A stretch of DNA of 64,000 nucleotides from Squalus acanthias (Eukaryota). The notes below the pieces were generated by a model. It was not told where the DNA came from. It searched no databases and saw only the letters and a program-made list of their open reading frames with translations. Position numbers and translations under genes: made by a program. Shown here one piece after another: positions 48,140 through 61,234 of the stretch. The stretch is taken from positions 746,001 through 810,000 of the forward strand of contig JASTWF010000033.1 in NCBI GenBank assembly GCA_030390025.1, given 5' to 3'. Within the stretch, counting starts at the first letter, position 1; each line of letters opens with the position of its first letter.

Positions 48140-50119
48140 TATATTTTTTTAACCTTTCATGTTGCTTTCACGGGCGACCCCCCAGCTCTGATTTCCCACG
48201 GCAGCGTCACCGCGCTGAAAACGAGTCTTTTTCGGCACCTTTTTATTAATAATATAATTGCGGGTTTAGAAGTGTAAACTGGCCTCCGCTTCACTGTAAT
48301 TGACAGAGATAACATTGTAGATGCCAGGTAATCAGAGAATTATAGAATGATACAGCACAGAATGAGGCCATTCGGTCCATTGTGCCTGCGCCGGCTCTTT
48401 GGCAGAGCTATCCCATTAATCCCTCTCACCTGCTCTTTCACCATAGCCCTGTATTTTTTTCTCTTCAATAATGTACAGTAAATGGTAAAACTTTAAAAGG
48501 AACAGAAAGAGTTAAGTATTCAGATACACAAACATTTCTGACTGGCCTCACACTCTCTGAGGTTACAACCTCCCCTGCTTCATTGTTCTTTGCGAGGCAG
48601 GAGTGATGTTCCAGTCACAACTCTGTCCGAACAAAACTGGCTACAGTCACATAATTAGAATAGCCGCGTCCTGGGGACCGAGAGCAGCCGGTCCACGTCG
48701 AGGAAGAACCAGATTTGACATTTTTTATACATAGCCATTTTTTGTGATCTGGAATGCACTGTCTGAAAGGGCGGTGGAAGCAGCTTCAATGGAGAACAGG
48801 ATAATTACTTGAAGATAAATTTTAGTGGGCTATGGGGAAATAGCAGGGCATTGAGATGAATTGGACAGATCCCCCAACGAACCGGCACAGGAACGATGGG
48901 CAGAATGAACTCCTTCCGTGCTGTTTAATTATATAATTCTATGATTCTATTAAAAGGAAGCCAGCGAGAATAATCTAATTTAGTCGATTAGAGGAGGACA
49001 ATTCGGGAGCTCCATCAGAATGTTAATCACTTAAAAAATCAATTTCCTATGAGACTAGTGTGGTTTCGATCAGTGAAATGTCTGTAAAATGCAACGGAGG
49101 AGAAGGATTAAGACTTTTTCGGGTGGGACATAAGTGACGTTTTTCATGGCCATTGAAACTTCCAATATTTACGGAGCAAGAGAATGATTGGAACGTTCTT
49201 TGGCCTCTGTGGCGAAATTCAGGCATATTGACGAGGTTGATCTTTCTGCCGTCTGACTCCCATTCATGTTTCATCTTCCTCTATTGAATGAGAAAGGAGG
49301 GGGTTTGACGGTGACCAGACCCGCAGTGCGCCTGATATTTGTGAGATCATCCTTTATATTTAGTGTTTTCGGCCCCTTTGGTCGGGGTCAGCTTTTGCTC
49401 AGCGGTTACTTCGCAGCACCAACTTCATCAGGAGTTCGAATCTGTCGCGCTGCCTGGCGCTTTATTGTTATTTTCAATCCACTTCTTTTACACCGAAACA
49501 AACTGTAACCGTGATTTTTAGAATCCACCTTTAAATTATTCAGAAAAGTCTCCTTTCACGTGTCATTCCCGTTATTTCTGTACCCGTGTTGAAAATAAAA
49601 CAAATGCCTCGAGTTTTCGCATTTTCAATCGAACACCGAAAAGTAATTTCCAAATACTGAGTAATATGTTTGGAAGGAGGTGCCGCTAACAAGCGGAATA
49701 TCTGATTGTGTTATTGATGATTGAGCGTAAAGCATTGCACACTCAGGGCTTTTCCATTTCATGAAACAACTTTGGGTTAAGCCGAGCCAGGTACATGGCT
49801 TGTGAAATAATCTGAGGCACCAGGTCGAAGCCAACAGCCGTCTCGCTGCAATAAGAGACATGGAGAAGCGATTGAGACATTCGCGGCCAGCTCAGTCTTA
49901 AAAGTGTGGTGTTCTAGTCAAGGCCCTGTCCGAACAAAGCTGGCCAGAGTCACAGATTTCCAGCACCCGCAGTATTTTAATTTTGTGTCAGCGTGGATCA
50001 GTTTACTCTCACTTAACGTTCACTGTTTAGAGAACTGAAAGAACGAGCTTTTAAAGAACGAGGCAGCGGTCACTGCCGCCCAGTTTGACCGGAGAATAAA
50101 CTCGGCCTTGTTTGTTCAT

Positions 50120-50925
50120 CCGCAGCAAAATGCTAGAAATCTGAACTCAAAACAAACAGTGCTGGAATCACTCAGCAAGTCAGGCAGCATCTATGGAGAG
50201 TGAAACAGAGTTAATGTTTTAGGTCGGTGACATTTTATCACAACTTGAAGAAATTAGAAATTTAATAGTTTATAAGCAAGTACAGAGCCGGGGAAAATGG
50301 TGGGCGGAGAGGAGGAAAGAATAAACGGTGTTGTGATAGGGTGGAGGGCAGGAGTGATTACAGGATCAAAGTATGATGGTGCAAAGCAAAAGAGGGTAGC
50401 AACAGGACAAGTGAGAAATTAATGGGATGAGTAAAGAAACAAGAGACAAGTCCAGAGGAGATATAAATGACAACAACAGAACCATTAGCAGCACGTGCTG
50501 TCCAGGACAATGGGAGCCGTGGTGACGATCTGAAGTTGTTGAACTCGGTGTTGTGTCTGGAAGGTTGTAAATGGCCTAATCGACAGATGAAGGGCTGTTT
50601 CTCGAGCTTCTGTTGAACTACATTGGAACAGTGTAGGAGGCTGAGGACAGAGAGAGCAGAGTGGGAGTGGAACGGATATTTAAAGTGGCAAGCGACCGGA
50701 GCTCAGGGTCAAGCTTGCGGACTAAATGGAGGTGTTTAGACAAGCAATCACCCAGTCTACCTTTGGTCTCCCCAGTGCAGAGGAGACCGCATTGTGAACA
50801 GCCAATAGTTGGAAGAAATAAAAGTAAATCGCAGATTCACCTGGAAAGAGGGTTTGGTTTCCTGGACGGTGGGAAGGAGGGAGGTGAACGGGCAGTTTTC
50901 TTTTCTGCTGTGCTTGCATGGAAAT
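50120..50925 (-). mobile_element. Penelope-like element 3' remnant with GIY-YIG endonuclease
   Basis: Minus strand ~50803-50527 translates to CSQCGLLCTGETKGRLGDCLSKHL..DPELPVACHF..LEKQPFICRLGHLQPSRHNTEFNNFR; decayed hammerhead-like terminus at ~50205-50240. Confidence 0.8.
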
Positions 50926-51399
50926 GAGCCGCAGCGATATTAATAACAACATAAGAATTGTTTATACCGTTTAATCTGGAAAATTCACAGTGCAGCCGCA
51001 TACGAATTGCAAATCCACCCGCTAGCCGCTCGGCAATCAAATCAACTGAACTTTGCTCTGCCCTAATGTCACCGCACTGAAATCCAGTCTTTATCCGACA
51101 CGTTATTCTTATTGCTGGCGCATTAAGAGTGAAAACCGGCCCTCACTTTACTGTAAGTGCAAGAGACCACTTTGTAGATGCCGCGTAGTCTTACGGACCG
51201 GTTCGTTGAATCTGCTTGTATTTTTTCTCGTCTTATTTTCTGCTAACGGGAAAATTACTGACAAATAACATGGCGAATAGCAACTCGAAATCACAATCCT
51301 CTTTCCCACTGGGGTACTAATCCATGATACAGGCATTTGGTGGCAATGGTGAGTTTGGTGCTGAGTAATAACTGGAAAAACAGAGAACTTATGTTAAAG

Positions 51400-51962
51400 T
51401 CATATAGAACCATGATTATACGACACTTGGAGTTCAGGTCTCCATAATATAAGAAGGATATAGAAGCTTTGTAGAAGGTGCAAAAAGGATTTACGAGAAT
51501 GTTACTACAACTCAGAGGTAATACCTATCAGGGAACTTTGAACAGGCCAGGTCTCTTATATCAGGTCACCCCTCAGACTGAGCGGTGACCTGTTAGCAGT
51601 CTTTAAAATTCTGAAATAATTTGATATGGTAGACGTGGAGAAGATGCTTCTACTGGGCGGGGAAGCCAGAACTAGGGGCGAAAAATATAAGATAGTCATG
51701 CATGAATCAAATAGGAAATTCGGGAGAAACTTCTTTACCCAGAGAGTGGTTAGAATGTGGAACTGGCTACCAAAAGGAGTAATTGAGGCGAATTGCACAG
51801 CTGCATTTAAGGGGAATCGAGACAAACATATGAGAGGAAAGTAGAGGATATGTTGATGAGTTAGATGAAGAGGTGGCTCGTGTGGAGAATAAAAACACGG
51901 GCAAGGACCTGTTGGGATGAATGGACTGTCCCCCTGCTGTAAATATTGTGTAATACTGTGTA
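51400..51962 (+). mobile_element. CR1 3' fragment
   Basis: FFTQRVVRMWNWLP remnant and CR1 3' UTR. Confidence 0.8.
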
Positions 51963-52579
51963 ATATAGCACAGACATTCCCCCGTGCAATCTTCCTCTAC
52001 TTGTACTACTTTTAAGTGGTTGCCGGCAGCATCTGTCCTCATGTTTACCGCCGGTTCGCTGCTGGCGTAGACCAATTTCACTCAACGATATTCTGACGCG
52101 AAGATGAGAGTGCTAGGTTTTCAGACAAAGCTAGTCTGAACCCTACCTCTGTTCCTTTATTGTTGTCTGGATTTTTGTATTAACCTACATTCTTCTATTC
52201 CTACTGAACAAAGGTCTGACACTCAGGTGTTGATTAAAATCATCACAAATCTTCAACCACCGACTCCCAACAGCTTCTCAGTTTCCACACCCACTTTCCC
52301 CAAATATTGTTCTAAATGCCATAAAATATAAAATTCGCTGTTATTTTAATGACAAGTCAAATTTAGTTCTCCTCTCCTGATTAATCAAATCACATTTCAG
52401 GTGGAGTGGGTCTTTATCAATGCTTTGGTTGAAGGTTTGTGCGTGAGGAAGATAATTTAAGATTTTGCGGCAGTGTCACTTAACAATTATGTTTCAGTAA
52501 TATTGGGCACATGCAGGTGGTGTAAATGATCGTTTGGAACGCGGTGACCGAGTGATTCAGCGACGGATTCACCCATCGC

Positions 52580-53030
52580 GGCCATGGTCGCTGACCCACA
52601 TTGACTCCCGGTTAAAGCAATGGCTCGATATTAAAATTCTTATCCTTGTTTTCAAATCCCTCCACGGCCTCGCCTCTCCCTATCTCTGTAATATCCTCCA
52701 GCCTTACAACCCTCAGGGATTTCTGCACTCCTGCAATTCTGACCTCTTGTGCATCCCCGATTTAATCGCTCCACCATTGGTGGCTGTGCCTTCATTATGC
52801 CAAGGCCCTAAATTCCGGAGTTCCCTCCCAGAACCTCTCCGCCTCTCTAGCTTTCTCTTTCCTCGTTTAACACGCACCGTAAAACCTACCTCCTTGAAAA
52901 AGATTTTGGTCATCTGCCCTAATATCTCCTTACGTGGTTCGGTGTCAAATTTTGTTTGATAAACTCATGTAAAGCGTTTTGGGTCGTTTTATTGCATTTA
53001 AGGAGCTTTGTGAATGCAAGTTGTTGTTGT
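52580..53030 (+). mobile_element. L2 3' fragment
   Basis: LDIKILILVFKSLHGLASPYL; ends in (gtt)n. Confidence 0.8.
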
Positions 53031-53389
53031 TAGGAATACAGGGGGAGGCCATTCACCCCTTCGAGCCTGTTCCGCCATTTAATTAGATCACGGCTGATCT
53101 GTATCTTAACTCCATCCACCCGCTTAGGTTCCTTTATCATATTGGCCTTTTCTCTTATCCTTGCTATATACAACTTTTAGATTGACTTTTTTAAATTCTG
53201 CATCTTTGCTCGATTGTTACCTAAAATACAGTCGAGCTCTAGAATGGCATTTTCTAGTTGCAATTCCAGCGTCCTGGATAGTGTGAAAGTTCCAGACTGT
53301 GAGGTCACGGTTGCTGCCATTAAGGCAAGGATAGGAACATGGGAGAGGTGGGAAACCACGGGTAGAGGCTGCTGTCAAGGATCGGACAC

Positions 53390-53875
53390 AGAATCATAGA
53401 ATTACACAGCACAGTAGGAGGCCATTTGGCCCACCGTGCCTGTGCTGGCTCTTTGAAAGAGCGATCCAATTATCTCCACTCCGCTGCTCATTCCCCATAG
53501 CCCTGCAATGCTTTTCCTTTTCCCTTCCCTTTTTAAAGTAACTATTGAATCTGCTTTCACCGCCCTCTCAATTAGTGCATTCCAGATCACAACAACTCTC
53601 TGAGTAAAAAAAATCTCGGCACACCACCTCCCCTGTCCCAGCTCTTTTTTGACCAATTATCTTAAATCTGTGTCTTCTGGTTACCGACCCTCTTGTCGGT
53701 GGAAACAGTTTCACTCTACCTGCTCTATCGACGCCTGCCCACCCACCCCACCGCCCCTCGCACACCCCGCTCATAATTTTGAACACCTCCATTAAATCTC
53801 CGTTTAGCCTTCTTTGCTCTGAGGAGAACAATGTCAGCTTCTATAGATTCTCCACATTACTGAATTCCCTCATCC
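53390..53875 (-). mobile_element. CR1 3' fragment
   Basis: EQRRLNGDLMEVFKIM, FFTQRVV..WNAL; gaatcatagaatt tail. Confidence 0.8.
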
Positions 53876-54441
53876 CTGCACATGATGCAAGGCGGAGGAA
53901 TGGAAAATATTGCCAGTTCGGAGCGGTAGTATTCGAAAGGGAGGAAAAAAGAAAACACAGTCACCAGCGTTGTGATTAGATCCGCTTCAGGAAACGGAAT
54001 CAGAGGAGAATGAAGGACGAACCGCCCGATTGACCAGAGGCGGTTAAGACTCCATTTCCTGGTTTCAGACACTGGAACATTTTCTCGGATGTTATCGGTG
54101 ACATTAACTGCTCTGAGACATTTACAGGATTCTCGTTACTGCAGATCAGGAAATCAAACGTAACATTGGGTTCGGGACAATCAGAGTAATTCGGAACAAA
54201 CAAGGCACCGAAAGGCTGGTAGGGAGACCGCACCGGTTGCAGGAGAGCTGGTTCACGGTGACATGGGTGTGTCTGCAGTGTGCGGGACCAGACAGTCTCT
54301 GTGTGTTCACAATGTATGTCGCATTCTTTAATTTGGAAATGTAAAACTGATACTGTGCAATTGCTAATCCGGACGCAGCAATCTGAAACTTTAACTCGCT
54401 GACACCCTGGTTTAGGAAATCTTGCAACAATGCCTTCGGCT

Positions 54442-54515
54442 GTCTCCGTGGCGCAATCGGTTAGCGCGTTCAACTCTTAACTGAAAGGTTGGTGGTTCGA
54501 AACCACCCAGGGACG
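54442..54515 (+). tRNA. tRNA-Asn body with CTT (Lys) anticodon; possibly a pseudogene
   Basis: 74 nt, nearly identical to vertebrate tRNA-Asn-GTT; intact A box (TGGCGCAATCGG) and B box (GGTTCGAAACC); loop CT-CTT-AA at 54474-54480; T-run terminator at ~54529. Confidence 0.85.
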
Positions 54516-56419
54516 AATAATTTAATTGTTTTTTTCCCCTTTATGATTCATTGCCGCACAGTTCCAAGTTGTCACTATTTGCTTTGGCTGCAGGAAATTA
54601 TTCCGCACACATTGCCAGCTGTGCTGTTATCCAGTAAATTCCCACCCAAATACTTTTATGAGCACTCAATTCAAATCAAATGATAAAAACATGCAGATGG
54701 ATCATGTTCCTCCATCCAACCCGTTAGAAATATCTTAAGTTATTGGGTTCAAATAAACTGATGGAAATTGATTGTGTATCTACATATATAGAACTGGAAC
54801 ACGTCATCGCACCGTGTGAGGCTGCATTGAATGTGTCGCTATTGTACAGCTGATAATAGGGAAAACAATTTAAAACACGCTGGGCCATTTTAGTGATAAT
54901 TTAGCTCCATCTAATAACTGTATTTTTTCAATGTAAAACGTTGTAAAACACTGCGGTCTGACAGCAGGCACATGCGAACATGATGCAATATTTGTGTAGG
55001 CGTCATGCTCTGGAACTCCCTGCCTAAACCCCTCCACCTTTACCCCTCCCTCACCTCCTTTCAGACCCTCCTTAAAACAGAAGGCTTTGAACAGTTTGGG
55101 TCACCCCTCTTAATAGTTCCATATTAGTGTAATATAGTGAGCTAAACCTGACGCCGATCACAGGGGCATAAAACACTTAATATAAGGATGAACTCACAAA
55201 TATCAGGCGCAGTGCGGGTCTGGTCAACGTCAAACTCCTCCTTTCTCATTCAGTAGAGGAAGAAGAGACTCAACGCGGGTCAGACGCCAGAAAGTTTAAT
55301 AAATAGAACAACAAAAGACACAAATACAAGTAACATCTATTTCCAAATCTTATCAATGCACATTTATTCCACTTTATATAAAAGCTTACTGCTCTGAATT
55401 TGAAAATGAGCAGCATGTGGTTTGTGTTCACCAGTGACTTGTATTCCTATGCGTATCCTTCAAGTTTGCAATTCAGTTTGTATTGGATATTGAAGAGTCT
55501 CGAATTTCAAGATGAGGGCACAACGCACCACGTGTAAAGCAACCGACTTCTTTAACGGCAGATAGAGTGTTTCCAACACCTGTGCTACCAGACCCTTTCA
55601 ATACCTTTCAGCGGGTAGATTGATGACAGAATGTGCAGAATAGGAAACAAAATTACTCCAACGTCATTGAAAGTTATCGATCATTTTTCTAAGTTAGGGT
55701 CATGTACACAATGATCAAGTGAAAAAAAGTTTCTCTATTTCAACCCTATTAATTCATCTCATAATTCTAAAAACCTCAATGAAATCAGCGCTAAACCTTC
55801 TATATTCCAAGGAATACAGGCCTAGTTTATGTAATCTCGCCTCATAATCTAATCATTGGACCCTGCAAACATTCTGATGGATCTGTGCTGCACAGATTCC
55901 GAGGCCAATGTCAAACCTTTCTGAGGTGCCGGACCCAGAACTGTACAGAGTACTCCAGAGGTGGTCTAACCAGGACTTTGTACAGCTTTAGCAAAACTTT
56001 CTTTAGTATAACTGCCTCTCTAACAGATTATACAGCTCGTGTGATTGGATTGTATATACCGCCTCGGCAAAATAAGGACTCGTTTGATCGAAATAAACTC
56101 TTTAAAAAATTCGATTTGAAATCAATTCCACAAATAAATATATTTTTTAACGAAACTGTGTAAGAATTCCGGGTTCAAGTTTCAGTGTCATTGAATCAGG
56201 GGAACTTCGTCAGTCACCGCTCACTGTGCATCGACACGGCAGAGGCTCCCACACCTCTGACAATATTGTTTTTCCAAATTCTCAGTTTTCAAAATGGAAT
56301 TGGATAATTACTAGAAAGGGAAACATGTGTAGGTCTATGGGGAAAGTGAAGGGGTGTCGGATAATTGGGGCACTTGTAAAGAGCCGGCACAGGCACGATG
56401 GGCGAATTGCCTCCTTCTA

Positions 56420-58050
56420 ATAACATAAGAAATAGCAGCAGGAGTGGGCCATTCGGCCCTTAGAGCCTGCTCCGCCATTCAATGAGATCGTGGCTGACCT
56501 TTTGCCTTAACTCCATTCACCGGCCCTATCGCCATATCCCTTGATGCATTTACTTGTAAGAAATCTATCGTCTTCTGTTTTGAATATACCCAATGACTGA
56601 GCATCCACAGCTCTCTAAGGTAGAGAATTCCAAAGATTCGCCACTCTCTGTGTGAAGAATGTTCTTCTCATCTCAGTCCCGAATGGCCTACCCTTTATCC
56701 TGAGGTTGTGGCCCCTGGTTCTGGACTTCCCAGCCAAGGGAATCATTCTCCCAGCATTCACCCTATCAAGCCCTGTAATAATTTTATATGCTTCAAAGAG
56801 ATCCCCTCTCATTCTTCTGAATTCAATAAAATACAGGCCTAGTTTACTCAATCTCTTCTCAAACGACAGTCCTGCTATCCCAGGAATCAATCTCGCGAGC
56901 CTTCGTTGCACTCTCTCTATGGCAAGTATATCCTTCCTTAGGTATAAAGACCAAAATTGTACACAGCACTCTTGGTGTGGTTTCACCAAGATCCTATATA
57001 ATTGGAGTAAGACTTCTTTACTCCTGTACTCAAATCGTATTGTAATGAAGGCCAACATGCCATTTGCCCTCCTAATGGCTTGCTGCACCAACACATTCAC
57101 TTTCAGTGACTCATGTACAAGGACACCCAAGACCCTTTGAGCATCTGCATTCCCCAATCTGTCACCATTTAGGAAATACTCTGCCTTTCTGTTTTTACTA
57201 ACAAAGTGGACAACTTCACATTTATCCACATTATATTCCATGTACCATGTTCTCGCCCACTCAATGAGCCTGTCGAGATCCCCTTGAAGCGTCTTCCCAT
57301 CCTCTTCACAACTGACACTGCCACCTAGCTTTGTATCATCAGCAAATTTGGAAATGTTACAATTAGTCTTCTCATCCAAATCATTGATATAGATTGTGAA
57401 TAGCTGGGGCCCAAGCACCGATCCTTGCGGTACTCCACTAGTCACAGACTGCCATCTTGAAAAAGACCCGTTTATCCCTACTCTTTGCTTTCTGTCTGTT
57501 AACCAATTCTCAATCCATGCTAGTATATTATCCCCAATTCCAGGTGCCCTAATTTTGTTCACCAACCCTTTGTATGGGACCTTATCGAAGGCCTTCTGAA
57601 AATCCAAATACACTTCATCTACCGGTTCCCCTTTGTCTACTCCACTAGTTACATCCTGAAAGAACTCCAATAGGTTTGTCAAACAGAATTTCCCTTTCAT
57701 AAATCCATGTTGACACTGCCCAATCTTACTATCAGTTTCTAAGTGCCCAGTTATTGTATCCTTTATAATAGATTCCAGCATTTTCCCAACTAGTGATGTG
57801 AGGCTAACAGGTCTGTAGTTCCCCGTTTTCACTCTCCCTACTTTCTTAAATAGCGGGGTTACATTTGCTATCCTCCAATCTGCAGGAACCGTTACAGAAT
57901 CTATAGAATTTTGGAAGATGGCAAGCAATGCGTCCACTATCCCACCGGCCCACTCTTTCAAAACCCTAGGATGTAGGTCATCCGGTCCTTGGGATTTATC
58001 GACTTTTCTTCCCCTTAATTCTGCTAGTACTGTTTTTTTTACTAATAATA
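56420..58050 (-). mobile_element. CR1 LINE with an uninterrupted 448-aa RT ORF (56615-57961), 5' truncated
   Basis: [36 protein letters not shown]; taacataag tail. Confidence 0.95.
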
Positions 58051-58209
58051 ACTATTCTGTGCTGTTTCATTCTATGATTCTACTACTAGTTCAATGTTTG
58101 CCATTCTCTACAACGTTAATCAATAGAGCACCGAAATTCTATTTCTGTAAAACAATTTCCTGAAGTGCAGCACGGATGGTTATGTTCCTGAAACCATTCT
58201 TGCTGCCGT

Positions 58210-58282
58210 GTTTCTGTAGTGCAGTGGTTATCATGTTTGCTTAATACACGAAATGTCTCTGATTCGGAAATGGGCAGAAGTA
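58210..58282 (+). pseudogene. tRNA-Val(AAC)-derived pseudogene
   Basis: GTTTCTGTAGTGCAGTGGTTATCATGTTTGCTTAATACACGAAA.. is colinear with vertebrate tRNA-Val. Many C>T changes, broken B box, anticodon reads AAT. Confidence 0.8.
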
Positions 58283-58439
58283 TTTTGAGAACTTGTTCAA
58301 TTAAATATTAGGAAAACAGAATAATTCATATTTGTGTTTAGATATTAACAATATACAATATCTCACAGCTGTGTTACTTTTGCTGTTTCTCTGTTCGGTT
58401 CTAACTCTACAGTTTTTCTGTATCTCTGTATGTAGTGTC

Positions 58440-58985
58440 GCTGCAACTATAGAAAACCCTTTTTAGTCCACTCCTGGAGTACCTAAGGAAGGATATATTG
58501 GCCTTGGAGGCAGTGCAGCTTAGGTTTACCAAATGATACCCGGACTTCAAGGTTTATGATAAAAGGAGAGATTACACAAATTGGGGTTGTATTCACGAGA
58601 GTTTAGAAGGTTAAGGGGTGATCTGATCGAAGTGTTCATGGTATTAAGAGGAACAGATAGGGTAGGTAAAGATAAACTATTGTCGTTGGCTGGGGATTCT
58701 AGGAGTAGGGGGCATAGTCAAAAGACTCTGCAAGAGTGAAATTAGGAAATACTTCTACACATAAAGGGTGGTAGAATGTTGGAAATCACTTCCGCAAATG
58801 GCAATTGATGATAGATCAATTGATAATTTAATATCTGAGATTGATAGCTTTTTGTTAATCAAAGGTATTAAGGGATATGTGCCAAAGGCAGGTATAGGGA
58901 GTTAGGTTGCAAATCAGCCATGATCTAATTGAATGGAGTAGAACAGGCTCGAGGGGCTGAATGGCCTCCTCCTGTTCCTATGTTC
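58440..58985 (+). mobile_element. CR1 3' fragment
   Basis: RRLRGDLIEVF remnant and 3' UTR aggctcgaggggctgaatggcctcctcctgttcctatgt. Confidence 0.8.
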
Positions 58986-59749
58986 CGATGCTCTCTCACT
59001 CGCTCCCCTCACCAGCCCGGAAGGTGCAGAAAGCCCCTCTCAAAGCTGTACAATCCGGCTGATATCAGTTGATTGGTGAGAGATGATTCAAGGATCCTGC
59101 AGCGCTGCCTCGGTCAACAGCAGCAGTTCTAAGCCGCATTTCAAACCCGGGCACAAGCCCATCAACGATTCGCTCTTCCCCAGCTCCAGAGTGAGTGAGG
59201 CCGGGTCAAGCAGCAAAATTCCGGTCCCGCACTCACCAATCACCCGCTGCCTTTGGAAAGCAGCGAATGAAGGCTAAATCAGCGGCTTACTGCCCATCCC
59301 TGGAATTCAAGCTGCCACGGCCCGGGCCAAATATCCCCGTACACCCAGCACAGGCTCCCGAAAAAGCGGGGCGATTATATCCGGGTCACTCAGCCATCTA
59401 GCAGCATTTACAGATACCGGAGTGAGGGAAACTTTCCTTGGGCCTCAATGGGGAAACCCCGGGATGAAACAATTAGTGGGAGATGCTCCTCATGAAAGGG
59501 GCTACAATCCTTTTAAATGTAACAACGGCTGCAGCAGATTCCTGGAGTCATAAGTAATGAAGATTTATAATCAAACTCTTAAAATACACTGCGCAAAACG
59601 AGAAAGGTAAATGTTCAGCACATGCAGAGCAGAAAACCCATTACATTTTGTCTGTCACTCGTCAAACATATGAGCATTTCGTTCAAATACAACAGAAAGT
59701 AATGGGTTTATTGATGGAAATTAATGTAACTATTCACTGTCTCACAGAT

Positions 59750-60350
59750 TCGGTAAGGATAATGTGGACCCCTTCAAGATAGACGCAGGCGACATTGTAA
59801 TTGAAAATAATGAAATGGCAGACATGTTAAACAATTACATTGTATCGGTCTTCAAATTAGAGAGTGGGGAAAAACTACCAGAGACATTGGGAAAACGAAT
59901 ACTCAATCATAGAGAGGGACTGACTAGATTTAATATGATAACTTCCAGCAGGCATTTGATGAGAATGTGAGCAAAAATCAAAGCGCATGGAATTTGAGGC
60001 AACGTATTGACATGGGCACAGAGGTAGGAGACACAGAGTAGTGATAATGGGAATGTGCTCCAATTGGCAGGATGTGCCTAGTGGTGTCCCCTGGGATCTG
60101 GACTGCAGCCTCAGCTTTTCACTATATTGATAAATGACTTAGATGAAGGAATAGTGAACCGGATATCCAAGTTTGCTAATGGCACTAAGTTGAGGGCACA
60201 GTATGCAGTGTAGAAGGGAGCAGTGAATTGGAATGGGACATTGATGGATTATGTGAGAGGACAAACATTTGTGATTAATGGATTTCAATGTGGGGAAATA
60301 TCTGATCATCCACTTTGGACCTAAGAATGACACGTCCGTGTATTTTCTAA
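59750..60350 (+). mobile_element. Degenerate CR1 ORF2 fragments
   Basis: NNEMADMLNNYIVSVF; SGVP..; INDLDEG..ISKFA. Confidence 0.65.
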
Positions 60351-61159
60351 AATCATTTTGTTAGAGAATGTTTTTTTGTGAAATAGCCAATCCTGTTAAA
60401 TTTAACAAATGTTGCACCAGATTCCAGGAGTCATAAGCACAGTACATTGCAAACCAGGCTCCAAAATACAGTGTGTATAATGTGATAGGGATACATGTTC
60501 ATCACATGCAAAGAGCAGACTAAATTATTGAAGCTTCGACTATCCCTCAGTCCCTCTTTCATTCTGCAAACAAATCTTATCAGTTAATTAATGACAATTA
60601 CAACATTATTTTCACATTGGATGCGTGTAGTGAAACTGCTGCTTGCAGATGTACTTAAATGTATCTGTAATAATTATTCAGTTGTTGGGGGGCATCTGTC
60701 TTCATTACAAACATATTTTGTAAGTTGTCGGTACCTGGAACGCTCGACATGAATAGATGATGAAAGCTGATTGATCAATAATTTTAAAAGGAGTTGCACA
60801 GGTACTTGAGGATGAGGAACTTACAGGGTTAGGGACAAAAAGCGGGGGTGTGGGACTAAGCATGGCTGCTCTTTCTAGACCAGCACAGGCACGACGGGCC
60901 GAATGTCCTCCTGTGCTGTGAGTTTCTCTAATTCTATATACACACCCACAGTTTATATATTCACACGGCCTTGTTCACCGTTCTAACTGTTGTATACACA
61001 CCGAAAGTTTAATTGATTTTCAAGAGTTGCTCGACCTGTTGTGTATTTTGAGCAGATTCCTGGTTTATTTTCCTGTCATGTGGTGATTCTCCGGGAGAAT
61101 GACACGATGTTTGAGAAACATTGATATATAGAAACATCTCCTCCGTTTATCCAAACGCA

Positions 61160-61234
61160 GACCTCTTGGCGGAACGGAAGCGCACCTGATTTCTTAGATC
61201 AAGAAGGCTGCGTGTTCAAATCACGTCAGGATCT
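61160..61234 (+). pseudogene. tRNA-Trp-derived pseudogene
   Basis: GACCTC.TGGCG.AACGG.AGCGC..CTGA..AGATCA.GAAGGCTGCGTGTTCAAATCACGTC matches vertebrate tRNA-Trp; anticodon loop expanded/mutated; T5 follows. Confidence 0.8.

Noticed and set aside
49400..49460. Additional tRNA-Leu/Ser-like 3' end (gttcgaatc..cgctgcc)
   Set aside because: No recognisable 5' half or stems.
56615..57961. Active or domesticated reverse transcriptase gene
   Set aside because: A 5'-truncated CR1 without endonuclease or ORF1, with a premature stop near the C-terminus; an ordinary young copy.
58240..58250. Val-to-Ile (AAT) anticodon switch
   Set aside because: The B box and stems are degraded; the change is one of many C>T decay substitutions.
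61186..61205. Ochre-suppressor tRNA (TTA in the Trp-derived loop)
   Set aside because: The loop is expanded and the stems and A box are mutated; a functional cloverleaf is unlikely.
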